Positions 21,199-30,068 of a stretch of 64,000 nt of DNA are shown here, one piece after another. A model generated the notes under the pieces. That model searched no databases and was not told where the DNA came from. It saw nothing but the letters and a program-made list of their open reading frames with translations. The translations under genes and the position numbers were made by a program. Source of the DNA: an uncultured Spirochaetota bacterium. Lineage in GTDB: Bacteria; Spirochaetota; Spirochaetia; SZUA-6; Fen-1364. Location: the NCBI GenBank assembly GCA_963845325.1, contig CAWJRT010000001.1:192486-256485 (forward strand), given 5' to 3'. Positions within the stretch are counted from its first letter, which is position 1. Every line of letters begins with the position of its first letter.

Positions 21199-21262
21199 AC
21201 CCGTCAATCTTCCGTCCTCCAATTGGTACTGGAGGTTGTGGGGCGGAAGCCTCCCAAACACA
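21168..21262 (-). ncRNA. candidate ~95-nt small RNA (orphan promoter-to-terminator unit)
   Basis: Bounded by the promoter at 21268-21295 and the terminator at 21168-21198. There is no plausible ORF. A nested hairpin pairs CUUCCG...CCUCCA-loop-UGGAGG...CGGAAG. Confidence 0.35.
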
Positions 21263-21267
21263 AAGTG

Positions 21268-21295
21268 AGTATACATGCCCTGCCGGGGATGTCAA
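21268..21295 (-). promoter_or_regulatory. near-consensus sigma70 promoter TTGACA-16-TATACT
   Basis: The minus strand reads TTGACA (21290-21295) and TATACT (21268-21273). Confidence 0.5.
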
Positions 21296-21440
21296 CGAAA
21301 AAGCCCCCGGGCAGTCTCCCGCGCAGAAATTTTTCCTGGCGAAGAGCGAATCGCCCGTATAGTGCGGATGGGCTGTTGCGCTTCCTGCTGAAAAGACCCA
21401 CAATGGATCACGCTGATCCATTCAGGGAGGTCGACAGACG

Positions 21441-22324
21441 ATGGCGCGGCTGGCCGTGATCGGAGGGAGCGGACTGTACCAGTTGGAGGGCGGACGGGTC
21501 CGCGAGGAGCGGGAGGTTCCGACGCCCTGGGGACTGCCGTCCGATGCCCTGACGATAATGGAGATCGCAGGAGAAGAAGTCGCGTTCCTGCCCCGTCACG
21601 GCAAGGGACATCGGTACCTTCCGTCAGAAGTGCCCTCTCGCGCCAATATCTGGGCGCTTCGGTCCATCGGCGTTGAACAGATCCTGGCTTTCAGTGCGGT
21701 CGGGTCGCTTTCGGAGAGCTTCGCTCCCGGCGAGTTCGTCCTCTGCGACAACCTCATCGACAAGACCGTCGAGACGCGCGGGCAGCTACTTCGGCGACGG
21801 GGTCGTGGGGCACATCGGGTTCGCCCAGCCGTTCTGCGGCGGGATCCGCGCGGCGGCCGCGGGAGTGCTCGGAGCCCACTCCCATCCCCATCATACCTCG
21901 GGTACGTACGTGTGCATGGAGGGTCCTGCGTTCTCCACCAGGGCGGAATCGGAGCTGCACCGATCGTGGAAGGCATCCCTGATCGGGATGACGGCCCTGC
22001 CCGGAGGCCCGGTTGGCCAGGGAGGCTGAAATCTGCTACGCGACCCTCGCAATGGTGACCGACTATGACTGCTGGAAGGATACCGGTGAGAGCGTGAGCG
22101 TGGAGATGGTGGTGGCCAGGATGAAGTCCAACACCGAGGCTCTGAAGCGGATGCTGCCTGACTTCATTGCCGCACTTCGCGGCCGGGGGGACTGCGCCTG
22201 CCGTCATGCCGCGCGGGATGCAATCATGACAGACCCCGCTCTCATCCCGTACGACGCCCGGCGAAGGCTGGCCCTGTTCTATGATCGGTATTGGCGGAAG
22301 GACCAGGCGTCCACTCGTGGGTGA
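21441..22324 (+). pseudogene. mtnP: S-methyl-5'-thioadenosine phosphorylase, two frameshifts
   Basis: [15 protein letters not shown]...[25 protein letters not shown] (ORF 21441). Then [10 protein letters not shown]...[21 protein letters not shown]...LIGMTALP (ORF 21673). Then [24 protein letters not shown] (ORF 22013 frame). Frame switches fall near 21775 and 22003. Confidence 0.8.
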
Positions 22325-22377
22325 CCTGACCGACCTTCTCGAAGCGGCTCGAAGGGCAGGGGCGCACTCACCAGGTT

Positions 22378-23831
22378 GTGACCATGATCCTGGAATGGGC
22401 CCTCGACAGGTTCAGGGCGGACGGGTCAGGGCTGTTCGTGATCGAACGAGATCCCGCGATCGGCCTGGTGACGCGAGTCGCGTTGGGATCACTGGCGACG
22501 ACCGCGCCCCTTCTTGCCGCTGAGATTTCACGGACTGGAATTCCTTTGACCCGGGGAGTCCTTCCACTGGCGGCGGCGGGACGGGAAGGGTCGTTTCTCT
22601 GCTGCCCGGTGAATGTCAGCGGCGGCAAGCCCTGGAGCGCGCTCATCCTGCACGGGCGAGACATCGAGAAGAATGTCCGCGCGCGGGAAGAGGACCTGGG
22701 GGGGATTGTTCTGCGCCTGCGCGACTCTCTGGAAACCGAGCGCAGGAGCACCGCAATCCCCGAACTTCCTCTTTCGGGGCTCATGACGAAGCTCATCCCC
22801 AACTTCTCGGTGCTCACCGATGGACTGGACCTCCCCCTGTATGTCTGTGACTCCGCGGGGAGGTTCACCTATGCAAGCCCGGCCTGCTTGATGCTCACGG
22901 GCTACCCATCTCTTGAGGCGGTCTCCCAGAGCACGGAGCTGTTTCCGGAGCCGGGGAAGAGAGCCGCGGAGCTTGATACCGTGCGGAAGCTTGGCAAGGT
23001 TGCGTCGTTTCCCCTCGTGCTCACGTCCGGGTCAGGGGCGCGTTTGCAGATTCAAGATTCGGCCGTGTCGGTGGGAGACTCCATTGTCGGCGTGTTTTTC
23101 GACATCACCGAGCTCCTGCGGTCGAATGCCGAGCTGAAGGACGCGCTGCAGGTGCAGGAGCTGCTGAACGACAGCATCATAGCGGGAACGAAAAACCTCG
23201 AGCGAACCCAGGGGGCCGCCATCCGGTCCCTTGCCCGGCTTGCCGAGTACCGGGACCCCGAGACGGGATTCCACCTCCAGCGGATCTGCGAGTACACCCG
23301 ACTCATCGCCACACAGGTTCACCTGCGCGCCCCCTATTCCTTCCGCATCAGCCAGGAATACGCGAATGACATTTCCCTCTCCAGCATGCTTCACGACATC
23401 GGGAAGGTGAGCATCCCCGACCATATACTGCTGAAGCCGGGAAACTCGAGCCGCTGGAGTGGGAGACCATGAAGAAGCATACGCTGTTCGGATGGGAGGT
23501 GCTGCACAAGGCGGACCGGGAGCTGGGAGAGCAGTCCTTTCTCACGCTCGCCGCCACGATTGCCCTGTCGCACCACGAGCGTTACGACGGCAAGGGGTAC
23601 CCGAATGGAACGGTTGGAGAGAAGATACCCCTCTCCGCCCGGATCTCCGCCGTGGCCGACGTCTACGATGCCCTGACCTCCGAGCGCCCCTACAAGGAGG
23701 CCTGGAGCCACGAGCGCACCGTGGAGGAGATTCTCGGACAGGCGGGGAGCCAGTTCGATCCCGCGCTGGTAGAGATTTTCCACGGCCTGAACGACCAGTT
23801 CGCTGACGTGCGGCGGCGATTCCCCGGCTGA
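22378..23831 (+). pseudogene. sensor-domain plus HD-GYP domain protein (c-di-GMP phosphodiesterase-like), frameshift near 23445
   Basis: ORF 22378..23472 ends ...SSMLHDIGKVSIPDHILLKPG. ORF 23469..23831 continues (LEPLEWET)MKKHTLFG...ALSHHERYDGKGYP...DVYDALTSERPYK. Confidence 0.8.
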
Positions 23832-23834
23832 GCC

Positions 23835-24710
23835 GTGAAGTCTGCAATGGTCGCGGTGGTCGGCCGACCGTCGTCGGGAAAGTCCACCCTCGTGAACGCC
23901 CTGTGCGGGGCAAAAGTTTCCATAGTCTCCCCCGTGCCACAGACCACCCGCAACCGGGTTCGCGGGATCCTCAACGACCCGAGAGGCCAGATCGTATTCA
24001 TCGACACGCCCGGATTCCACCTCTCGCAGAAGAAGCTCAACACGTACATGACCGACCTCGTCTCCGCCACCCTCTCCGAGGTCGACATCGTGCTGTATGT
24101 CGTGGACGGGACGCGCGGGACCGGCGACGAGGAGCGCGCCATTCAGCAGGCAGTCCGCAGGGCTTCACGGCCCCTGGTGACGTGCATGAACAAGCACGAC
24201 TCGCCGGGGCCGGACTGGCAGGCAATTCGCACGGCCGTTGAGGAGGCCCTGCCGGGCGTTCCAATGCTTGAGATTTCGGCTCGAACGGGTGACGGGCTGG
24301 CAGACCTGAAAGAGCTCCTCTTTACCTCTGCACCGGACGGGGACCAGATGTACCCCGAGGACTACTACACCGACCAGACCCCGGATTTCCGGATCTCCGA
24401 AATCATCCGAGAAAAGGCGATGCTCCAGACCCGCGAGGAAGTGCCTCACTCACTCTACGTGCGGATAGAAGACATCGAGATGCGGGACGATGGCGCCACG
24501 CTCTGGGCGCGTGGATTCGTCTGCGTTGAGCGCGAGTCCCAGAAGGGGATCGTCGTCGGCAGGGCCGGCGAGAGAATCAAGTCGATCGTTCACGAGGCCG
24601 AGCAGGAGCTCTCCGAGATATTCCCCTATGCGGTGAAGCTGGATCTCCGCGTGAAAGTTGACCGGGAGTGGCGGAAAAGGGATCCGCTCCTCAAGAAGCT
24701 CATTCGCTGA
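23835..24710 (+). CDS. era: GTPase Era
   Basis: VAVVGRPSSGKSTLVNAL (G1), DTPG (G3), C-terminal KH domain VERESQKGIVVGRAGERIK. Intact. Confidence 0.9.
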   Translation: MKSAMVAVVGRPSSGKSTLVNALCGAKVSIVSPVPQTTRNRVRGILNDPRGQIVFIDTPGFHLSQKKLNTYMTDLVSATLSEVDIVLYVVDGTRGTGDEERAIQQAVRRASRPLVTCMNKHDSPGPDWQAIRTAVEEALPGVPMLEISARTGDGLADLKELLFTSAPDGDQMYPEDYYTDQTPDFRISEIIREKAMLQTREEVPHSLYVRIEDIEMRDDGATLWARGFVCVERESQKGIVVGRAGERIKSIVHEAEQELSEIFPYAVKLDLRVKVDREWRKRDPLLKKLIR

Positions 24711-24745
24711 GGGCGGATTCGCGCGCGCACGCGGCCGGGAGTCAC

Positions 24746-26596
24746 TTACCGGGCCGTCAAGGCGAGCGCCGATTCGATGATCAGGTCTGACTTCGCATCA
24801 GGAGGGTTTTCAAGGCTTGCAAGCAGGCTGGAGCCCGTCTCCGTGGGAGCGGGAATCTTCACGGATTTCTCACCGCCCACGGAAGGAATGGTCACCGACA
24901 AACCGTCGGCGGCGATGCGGAAAGCCAACCCCTGGTTGTCAGCGGCCAGCGGCACGGCGGCAGGATGCCCGGTGCTCCCCTCCCATTGCAGGAGGAGGAT
25001 GGCAGAACGGCCGGAAGCAGGCGAAAGACCCGCCGCCACCGTGACCGCCTGGCCGGCGCGAATCGGCGGCAGGGAAAGCCGGGCACCGGCTTCCAGGTCC
25101 ACGGCGCCGCCGCTGAGCTGGCCTTTTCCCGTGATCGAGAAGCCATTGGTGACGGTCAGCCCGTCGAACCCGTCCGCAAAGACCAGCCTGCTGCCGTAGA
25201 GTCCCGCCTGCGCGCGAGCGAACAGGTCCGGATCCGTCGACGGCCTGCCCGCCGGGTCCTGGGTGTACACGCCGAACTCGTCCACAACTCCCTTGAATCC
25301 CTGCTCCCCGCCAATTGTGATGCTGCCTTCCTGCCGGGGGCCGGCAACCGGGTACTGCGCTCCCATGCGGGACACCTGGACGCCGTCAAGGAACCACTGG
25401 GCCGCCAGCCCGGCCGGCTGCGGCGCGATGCTGAGGGAGAGAAGGACGCGCTGTTTCGGGGAGAGAGCAGGGCCACCCCAGGGAATGAGAAGCGGCGGCC
25501 CTCCTCCGCTCGAAAGCCGCGCCGCCGGGGCCGCAGTCTCGGGATTCATGGAAATGACGAGGGAGAACCTTCCGTCGCTGCTGACTGCTGTCACGATGTT
25601 GTTCGCGCTCCCCGGATCGTCGAACGAGACGCCAAGGCTGATCGTGAAAGGTCTGAGGTTGCCCGCATCCGAAGGAATGGCCAGCCAGGGGACCCTGATT
25701 CCGGTGCTGCCGTCAAAGCGGTATCCGAAACTGTTCTCCAGCGAGACCACCTCCGGGGAGCCGATGGACACCGCCGTGTTTTTCCCCGGCTTCTTTGCGC
25801 CCGCTCCCGAATCGGCCAGGGAGGCCTGGAGGCGGAGAAGCGACGTGAAGGACGAGGCGGGTCCGAGCCTGCCCCGGACCGGCCCGGGCCGCCGGACGCA
25901 GATGATGTCAGTAGAGAGTGACAGTGACGACGTAAAAGTGAAATCCGAACCGGCAGCGGGTGCGCTGGGAAAGAGCTCCAGGGTGACGGTGTACACCCCG
26001 CCTTCCCCGGGAACGTCCCAGAGGACCTGTCCCAGCCCGGCGGACAGCATGCCTTTCTGGATTACCTTTCCCTTCCAGGTCCAGCGCAGGTACGGGTTGG
26101 AGGCATCCGGAATGTCCAGCTCCGCCTTCAACATCACCGTTGCCCCCGACGTGATAACCGGCGGAAAGCTGCGAATGCCGGAGATCCTCCAGCCTTCCTG
26201 TGCCACGAAAATGAAGACGGACTTCTTCTGGACAACCTCCCCCGCTGAGTACAGGACGAGGTCGAGGCGGTACAATCCGGAGGCAAGGTTGGCCGGCAGG
26301 GTGATCGGGCTCTGTTCGTTCAATGCGGCCGCGGTGCGGCTGTGCCAGAGGCTCTCTCCCGCGGAAGTACCTACTGTCACGTCGATCTCCACGTCCCGGC
26401 TCTTTGTCGTGTCCTGCGCAGAGATCATCAGGGGTACAGGCTTGCCGCTGCCGAATACCTGCCCGTCAGCAGCGGAGGTGATCTGCAGGTCCGCGGAGCC
26501 GGTTTTCGGTGACATGAAAAGCGACTGGTCTCCGCACGAGACAAGGAGCGCGAGCAAGGGAACAACGCAGATGTTTCGGGCGAAATTTCGGAGCAT
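24746..26596 (-). CDS. secreted lipoprotein with C-terminal LamG/concanavalin-like domain
   Basis: MLRNFARNICVVPLLALLVSCGDQS (lipobox). The C-terminal part ...GSITIGGEQGFKGVVDEFGVYTQ... is typical of LamG-type jelly rolls. Intact, 616 aa. Confidence 0.6.
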   Translation of the reverse strand: MLRNFARNICVVPLLALLVSCGDQSLFMSPKTGSADLQITSAADGQVFGSGKPVPLMISAQDTTKSRDVEIDVTVGTSAGESLWHSRTAAALNEQSPITLPANLASGLYRLDLVLYSAGEVVQKKSVFIFVAQEGWRISGIRSFPPVITSGATVMLKAELDIPDASNPYLRWTWKGKVIQKGMLSAGLGQVLWDVPGEGGVYTVTLELFPSAPAAGSDFTFTSSLSLSTDIICVRRPGPVRGRLGPASSFTSLLRLQASLADSGAGAKKPGKNTAVSIGSPEVVSLENSFGYRFDGSTGIRVPWLAIPSDAGNLRPFTISLGVSFDDPGSANNIVTAVSSDGRFSLVISMNPETAAPAARLSSGGGPPLLIPWGGPALSPKQRVLLSLSIAPQPAGLAAQWFLDGVQVSRMGAQYPVAGPRQEGSITIGGEQGFKGVVDEFGVYTQDPAGRPSTDPDLFARAQAGLYGSRLVFADGFDGLTVTNGFSITGKGQLSGGAVDLEAGARLSLPPIRAGQAVTVAAGLSPASGRSAILLLQWEGSTGHPAAVPLAADNQGLAFRIAADGLSVTIPSVGGEKSVKIPAPTETGSSLLASLENPPDAKSDLIIESALALTAR

Positions 26597-26604
26597 CCAT
26601 GACA

Positions 26605-26632
26605 AATATATCACCACGAAGGATGAAATCAA
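26605..26632 (-). promoter_or_regulatory. sigma70-like promoter TTGATT-16-TATATT
   Basis: The minus strand reads TTGATT (26627-26632) and TATATT (26605-26610). ATG 26596 lies 8 nt after the -10 and there is no Shine-Dalgarno. Confidence 0.4.
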
Positions 26633-26964
26633 GATTCCAGGGCCTTGGAGTCCTCCGCGCCAGCCAGGTGGATCACCTCGATCACCACATCTCCGCGGAC
26701 ATACGACTGGCACGCCAGGCGTATGTCATCCCCAGAAGGCTCTCCGGCGGCGGCCAAAGACGCCAGCCTTCGACGCTCCACCTCGCGCCGCGGGCTGAAG
26801 AACTCCGCTCCCTCACGGACGCGTATCAGGTCCCTGCCGCACGACGCGCGCCCGCCGCACAGCGTATGAATCGGAAACCGGTTGCGCAGGAGGACATTCA
26901 GCACCGACGTTGTGAGGCTGCAATCGAACGCGACCGCCCTGCCATGGACACGAATACTCGGCAT
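26629..26964 (-). CDS. 2Fe-2S ferredoxin-like protein (atypical ligand set)
   Basis: MPSIRVHGRAVAFDCSL...IHTLCGGRASCGRDLIRV...IRLACQSYV. The CGGxxxCGxC pattern has Asp at the third ligand position. Confidence 0.5.
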   Translation of the reverse strand: MPSIRVHGRAVAFDCSLTTSVLNVLLRNRFPIHTLCGGRASCGRDLIRVREGAEFFSPRREVERRRLASLAAAGEPSGDDIRLACQSYVRGDVVIEVIHLAGAEDSKALES

Positions 26965-26968
26965 GAGC

Positions 26969-27514
26969 CTATCGCGCAAGCTCGACGGAGATCGCCGCCC
27001 TCGCCTTGTGGAGGGATATGAAAGAGTCAGTGCTGCCCATCGCCATGACAATATCGAGGGTCTTCTGGCCCCTAGCGATGAGGCCGGTCGGGTTCAGCTC
27101 CAGCTCGAGCACTGTCTGTCCGTCCGCCTCTTTCATCGCGAACCGGGCGGGAGCATTCGTCTCCAGGTCTGCATGCCGGTGACCCGCTCCCTTCTGCACT
27201 TTCAGCTGCGTCTCATTTCCGATGACGTAGCCTATGTACATGATCGCCCCGTCCATCTTCGCGCCGCCCAGCCCTGCTGCCACCCATCCGGTGGTCGGAG
27301 CGCTGAGACCCACGAACAGCGCATCAGCCGTCCAGGTCAGACCGAGCTTCATGCCGGCAGCTTCCGTCACAAAGCTGTATTCCTTTTCCGCAAACACACC
27401 GTCGACTTTTGCCGGCACGTCCGTCAATGCAAGCTTTTGCGTCTCTTGAGCGCCCGAGGTCAGTGCCACTGCCAGCAGGAGACCGAGGACAAAGAGAACG
27501 GTTTGTTTCTTCAT
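26969..27514 (-). CDS. secreted DOMON/CBM9-like domain protein
   Basis: Signal peptide MKKQTVLFVLGLLLAVALTSGAQ. PAKVDGVFAEKEYS...GLTWTADALFVGLSAPTTGWVAAGLGG resembles DOMON/EB_dh-type domains. Confidence 0.5.
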   Translation of the reverse strand: MKKQTVLFVLGLLLAVALTSGAQETQKLALTDVPAKVDGVFAEKEYSFVTEAAGMKLGLTWTADALFVGLSAPTTGWVAAGLGGAKMDGAIMYIGYVIGNETQLKVQKGAGHRHADLETNAPARFAMKEADGQTVLELELNPTGLIARGQKTLDIVMAMGSTDSFISLHKARAAISVELAR

Positions 27515-27597
27515 GGCTGCCACAGGCTACTACAATAGAAAGAAACGTATCAACACGCAAGAACGGCCACAGCCGAAAACGGCTCTGAGCAGGGGTC

Positions 27598-28263
27598 TCA
27601 GATGTCGCGCGAGTCGCAGAGCTCAGCCACGGGACAGCGCGCGTGATCTGGTTTCCTGGCGGCGCAGCACTTTCTTCCGTGGAAAGTCACCGAATGCGAG
27701 AAGGCGGTCCATTCCTCCGGTGGAAGGAGCTCGCTGATTTCACGCTCGATTTCGTCCGGGTCATTGCTCTCCACGATACCGAGCCTTTGCGTTACCCGGC
27801 GGAAGTGAGTGTCGACGATTATCGCCGGGGCGCCGAAGCAGGTTCCGAGGACCACGTTCGCCGTTTTTCTTCCGACCCCGGGGAGAGTGAGAAGCTGGTC
27901 CATTGTGCCCGGGAAGCCTCTCGGGAACTTCGAACACAGCGTTTCCGCTGCTCCCCTGATGCTTTTGGCCTTGTTGTGGTAGAAGCCGGTCGATCTGATC
28001 AGTTCCTCCAGCTCATCAATGTCAGCCTCCGCCATTGCGGCAGGTGTCGGAAATTGTCTGAAAAGAGCGGGGGTCACCTTGTTGACGCGTTCGTCGGTGC
28101 ATTGCGCCGCGAGGATGGTTGCCACCAGCAGCTCGAAGGGACCGGCGTGATCCAGCATGCAATGGGCGTCGGGGTACGCGGAGCCAAGGATCCCGGAAAT
28201 GCTCCGCGCCCGCGCCCTGGTTTCGCGGGGGCCGCGTTTCTTGGGCGAGGTGTTCTTGTCCAT
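27598..28263 (-). CDS. nth: endonuclease III
   Basis: HhH-GPD LLTLPGVGRKTANVVL and C-terminal FeS cluster loop CCAARKPDHARCPVAELC. Intact. Confidence 0.9.
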   Translation of the reverse strand: MDKNTSPKKRGPRETRARARSISGILGSAYPDAHCMLDHAGPFELLVATILAAQCTDERVNKVTPALFRQFPTPAAMAEADIDELEELIRSTGFYHNKAKSIRGAAETLCSKFPRGFPGTMDQLLTLPGVGRKTANVVLGTCFGAPAIIVDTHFRRVTQRLGIVESNDPDEIEREISELLPPEEWTAFSHSVTFHGRKCCAARKPDHARCPVAELCDSRDI

Positions 28264-28357
28264 AGCAGCTCGAATCTATTCCCCTGCGGCGTAAAAGTCG
28301 AGCGCCGGACAGCTTTTGGAGCTTTCCTTTCGGCGCCGGCGTGGGTATATCTGAAGA

Positions 28358-28819
28358 ATGATCCACTCCGTCTACGTGTTCCTGAAGGGGCTCGGGTACG
28401 ATCACCCGATCCACCCCATGGTCACACACATCACCGTCGGTCTCACGATCGGCACTCTCGTGTTCGGGCTCGTCTCCCTCATCTTCCGGCGCGTCCGGTT
28501 GAAGCTCACAGCCTGGCACTGCGCGGTCCTGGCTTTCATCAGCGTCGTGCCCACTGCGCTGTTCGGCTACATGGACTGGAAGGAGAAGTTCAACGGAGAG
28601 TGGATGACGGCGATCATCATCAAGATGATCCTTGCAGCGGTGCTGTTTGTCTGCCTGTTCGCCGGGCTGATGCTGGGCCGCGATCGGGACTGGGACCGGC
28701 ATGGAACGGCGACTGGCCCCTGGCGGGAGCCGCGTGCCATTGCTGCCCTCGTGCTGTACGCCGCGTGCACGGGGATCGTTATTGTGCTGGGCTACCTCGG
28801 AGGAGGCCTGGTGTACTAA
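28358..28819 (+). CDS. DUF2231-like integral membrane protein
   Basis: 153 aa, 4 predicted TM segments, N-terminal HPIHPMVTHITVGL motif. Confidence 0.55.
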   Translation: MIHSVYVFLKGLGYDHPIHPMVTHITVGLTIGTLVFGLVSLIFRRVRLKLTAWHCAVLAFISVVPTALFGYMDWKEKFNGEWMTAIIIKMILAAVLFVCLFAGLMLGRDRDWDRHGTATGPWREPRAIAALVLYAACTGIVIVLGYLGGGLVY

Positions 28820-28857
28820 GACAAGGACGCACGCTCCCCCTTGACATCCACGCGCCG

Positions 28858-28894
28858 GGTGCATTTCAATTCAGGCGGTTAATATTCATTCAAA
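28858..28894 (+). promoter_or_regulatory. two tandem ARG-box-like operators
   Basis: ggTGCATttcaATTCAgg (28858-28875) and ggTTAATattcATTCAaa (28877-28894), compared with the consensus TNTGAATWWWWATTCANW. They lie just upstream of argR. Confidence 0.4.
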
Positions 28895-28953
28895 TGGGCC
28901 CTGCCGCTGGGATCGGGCCGCCTATTGGCGTGTGCATAGCAACAACGGAGTTC

Positions 28954-29433
28954 TTGGAAAAGGACGAGGGGAGGCCGGAACTGAAAAGCCAGGAAGCGCG
29001 ACGCCGCCTGATCCATGGCATCCTGCACGCGGAGAAGATTCACAGCCAGGAGGAGCTCCTCAAGCGCCTTGAGAAGGAAGGCGTGGATGTGACCCAGGCC
29101 ACTCTTTCCCGCGATTTGAAGTTCCTCAGTGTTTCCCGTGTGCCGGACGGCAGCGGCGAGTACGTCTATACGGTAGATCCACCGCAGGAGCCGGCTCAGG
29201 ACCCGTTCATCAGGGATGATCTCCGCCGCGAGATCGTGGAGATCAAGTTTTCCGGGAACCTCGCCGTTGTCAAGACAAAGATGGGACACGCGCCGGGGAT
29301 TGCTTACGGAATCGACCTGCTGAAAATCACCGATGTTCTCGGGACGCTCGGGGGGGACGACACTCTTCTTGTCGTTCTCAAGGAAGGAGCCGACCGCAAC
29401 AGGTTCCTCAAAGAGCTTACGGGCAATCAATAG
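28954..29433 (+). CDS. argR: arginine repressor
   Basis: ...SQEARRRLIHGILHAEKIHSQEELLKRLEKEGVDVTQATLSRDLKFL... plus C-terminal GTLGGDDTLLVV. I chose TTG 28954. The in-frame ATG 28894 overlaps the ARG boxes. Confidence 0.8.
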   Translation: MEKDEGRPELKSQEARRRLIHGILHAEKIHSQEELLKRLEKEGVDVTQATLSRDLKFLSVSRVPDGSGEYVYTVDPPQEPAQDPFIRDDLRREIVEIKFSGNLAVVKTKMGHAPGIAYGIDLLKITDVLGTLGGDDTLLVVLKEGADRNRFLKELTGNQ

Positions 29434-29591
29434 GACGGCGCCCGCGGCAGACCTGGTGCGCCTTGACCCGAGCCGAGGGAATGGCGTAGGTTTGCGCCGG
29501 GCTCGCGCGGAGTATCGTGGTCAGCCCTGCCGCCGTGCAAGCGCGGCTGTCGGGCTTCCCGCGGGATACCTCGGCACCGGGTACAGTGCTT

Positions 29592-29664
29592 CGGGATGTA
29601 GCCTAGCGGCTAAGGCGCCTGCTTTGGGAGCAGGAGATCGTTGGTTCGAATCCAATCATCCCGA
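29592..29664 (+). tRNA. tRNA-Pro (TGG)
   Basis: CGGGATG acceptor pairs with CATCCCG. Anticodon stem CCTGC/GCAGG with loop TTTGGGA. T-loop TTCGAAT. Confidence 0.9.
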
Positions 29665-29667
29665 CAC

Positions 29668-29741
29668 GCGTCCATAGCTCAGTTGGATAGAGCAACAGCC
29701 TTCTAAGCTGTGGGTCGCCTGTTCGAGTCAGGCTGGACGCG
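29668..29741 (+). tRNA. tRNA-Arg (TCT)
   Basis: GCGTCCA acceptor pairs with TGGACGC. D-arm GCTCAGTTGGATAGAGC. Anticodon loop CTTCTAA. T-loop TTCGAGT. Confidence 0.9.
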
Positions 29742-29841
29742 CATATAAATAGCTGTTCTAAAAGCAATTAAGAATCTCTTGCCATTCACAGCTTCTCGGC
29801 CATGGTTCATTGCGGAGTAACCCGGAGCACTTTCGAGAGCA

Positions 29842-29943
29842 GGACATACCGGGACAGATCTGCGTATTCCGGCGCAAAGCGGCGCATCCGGGGCGAGGAG
29901 CAGGACCATCTCGTCGCCCTTAAAATCGGGACATAGCGGGACA
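29842..29943. repeat. two copies of a 15-nt direct repeat GGACATA(C/G)CGGGACA, 87 nt apart
   Basis: Copies at 29842-29856 and 29929-29943. Each contains two GGACA half-sites 9-10 nt apart. Confidence 0.5.
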
Positions 29944-29967
29944 CCCACCAGGGCGCCGCCAGTAGAC

Positions 29968-30008
29968 TTGAATTGACTATTTACAGATAGATAATACTAA
30001 AGTATTAT
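29968..30008 (+). promoter_or_regulatory. AT-rich promoter TTGAAT-16-GATAAT overlapped by a perfect 8+2+8 palindrome
   Basis: TTGAAT 29968-29973 and GATAAT 29990-29995. Palindrome ATAATACTaaAGTATTAT 29991-30008, 61 nt upstream of ATG 30069. Confidence 0.4.
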
Positions 30009-30068
30009 GGCAATAGTACTTTTATATTATTTCTGAAACAGAAAGTCGTTGAATCAGGAGGTCGATAG

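Noticed and set aside
21296-21420. SRP (4.5S) or 6S RNA in the clpP-mtnP intergenic region (minus-strand CAGCAGGAAGCGCAACAGCC)
   Set aside because: There is only a loose similarity to the GGAAGCAGCC core of SRP RNA. I could not build the conserved helix 8 symmetric-loop/GNRA arrangement or a closing stem.
29703-29948. 81-aa minus-strand ORF in the tRNA-Arg flank
   Set aside because: It overlaps the tRNA-Arg gene itself, has no RBS, and its translation is not protein-like.
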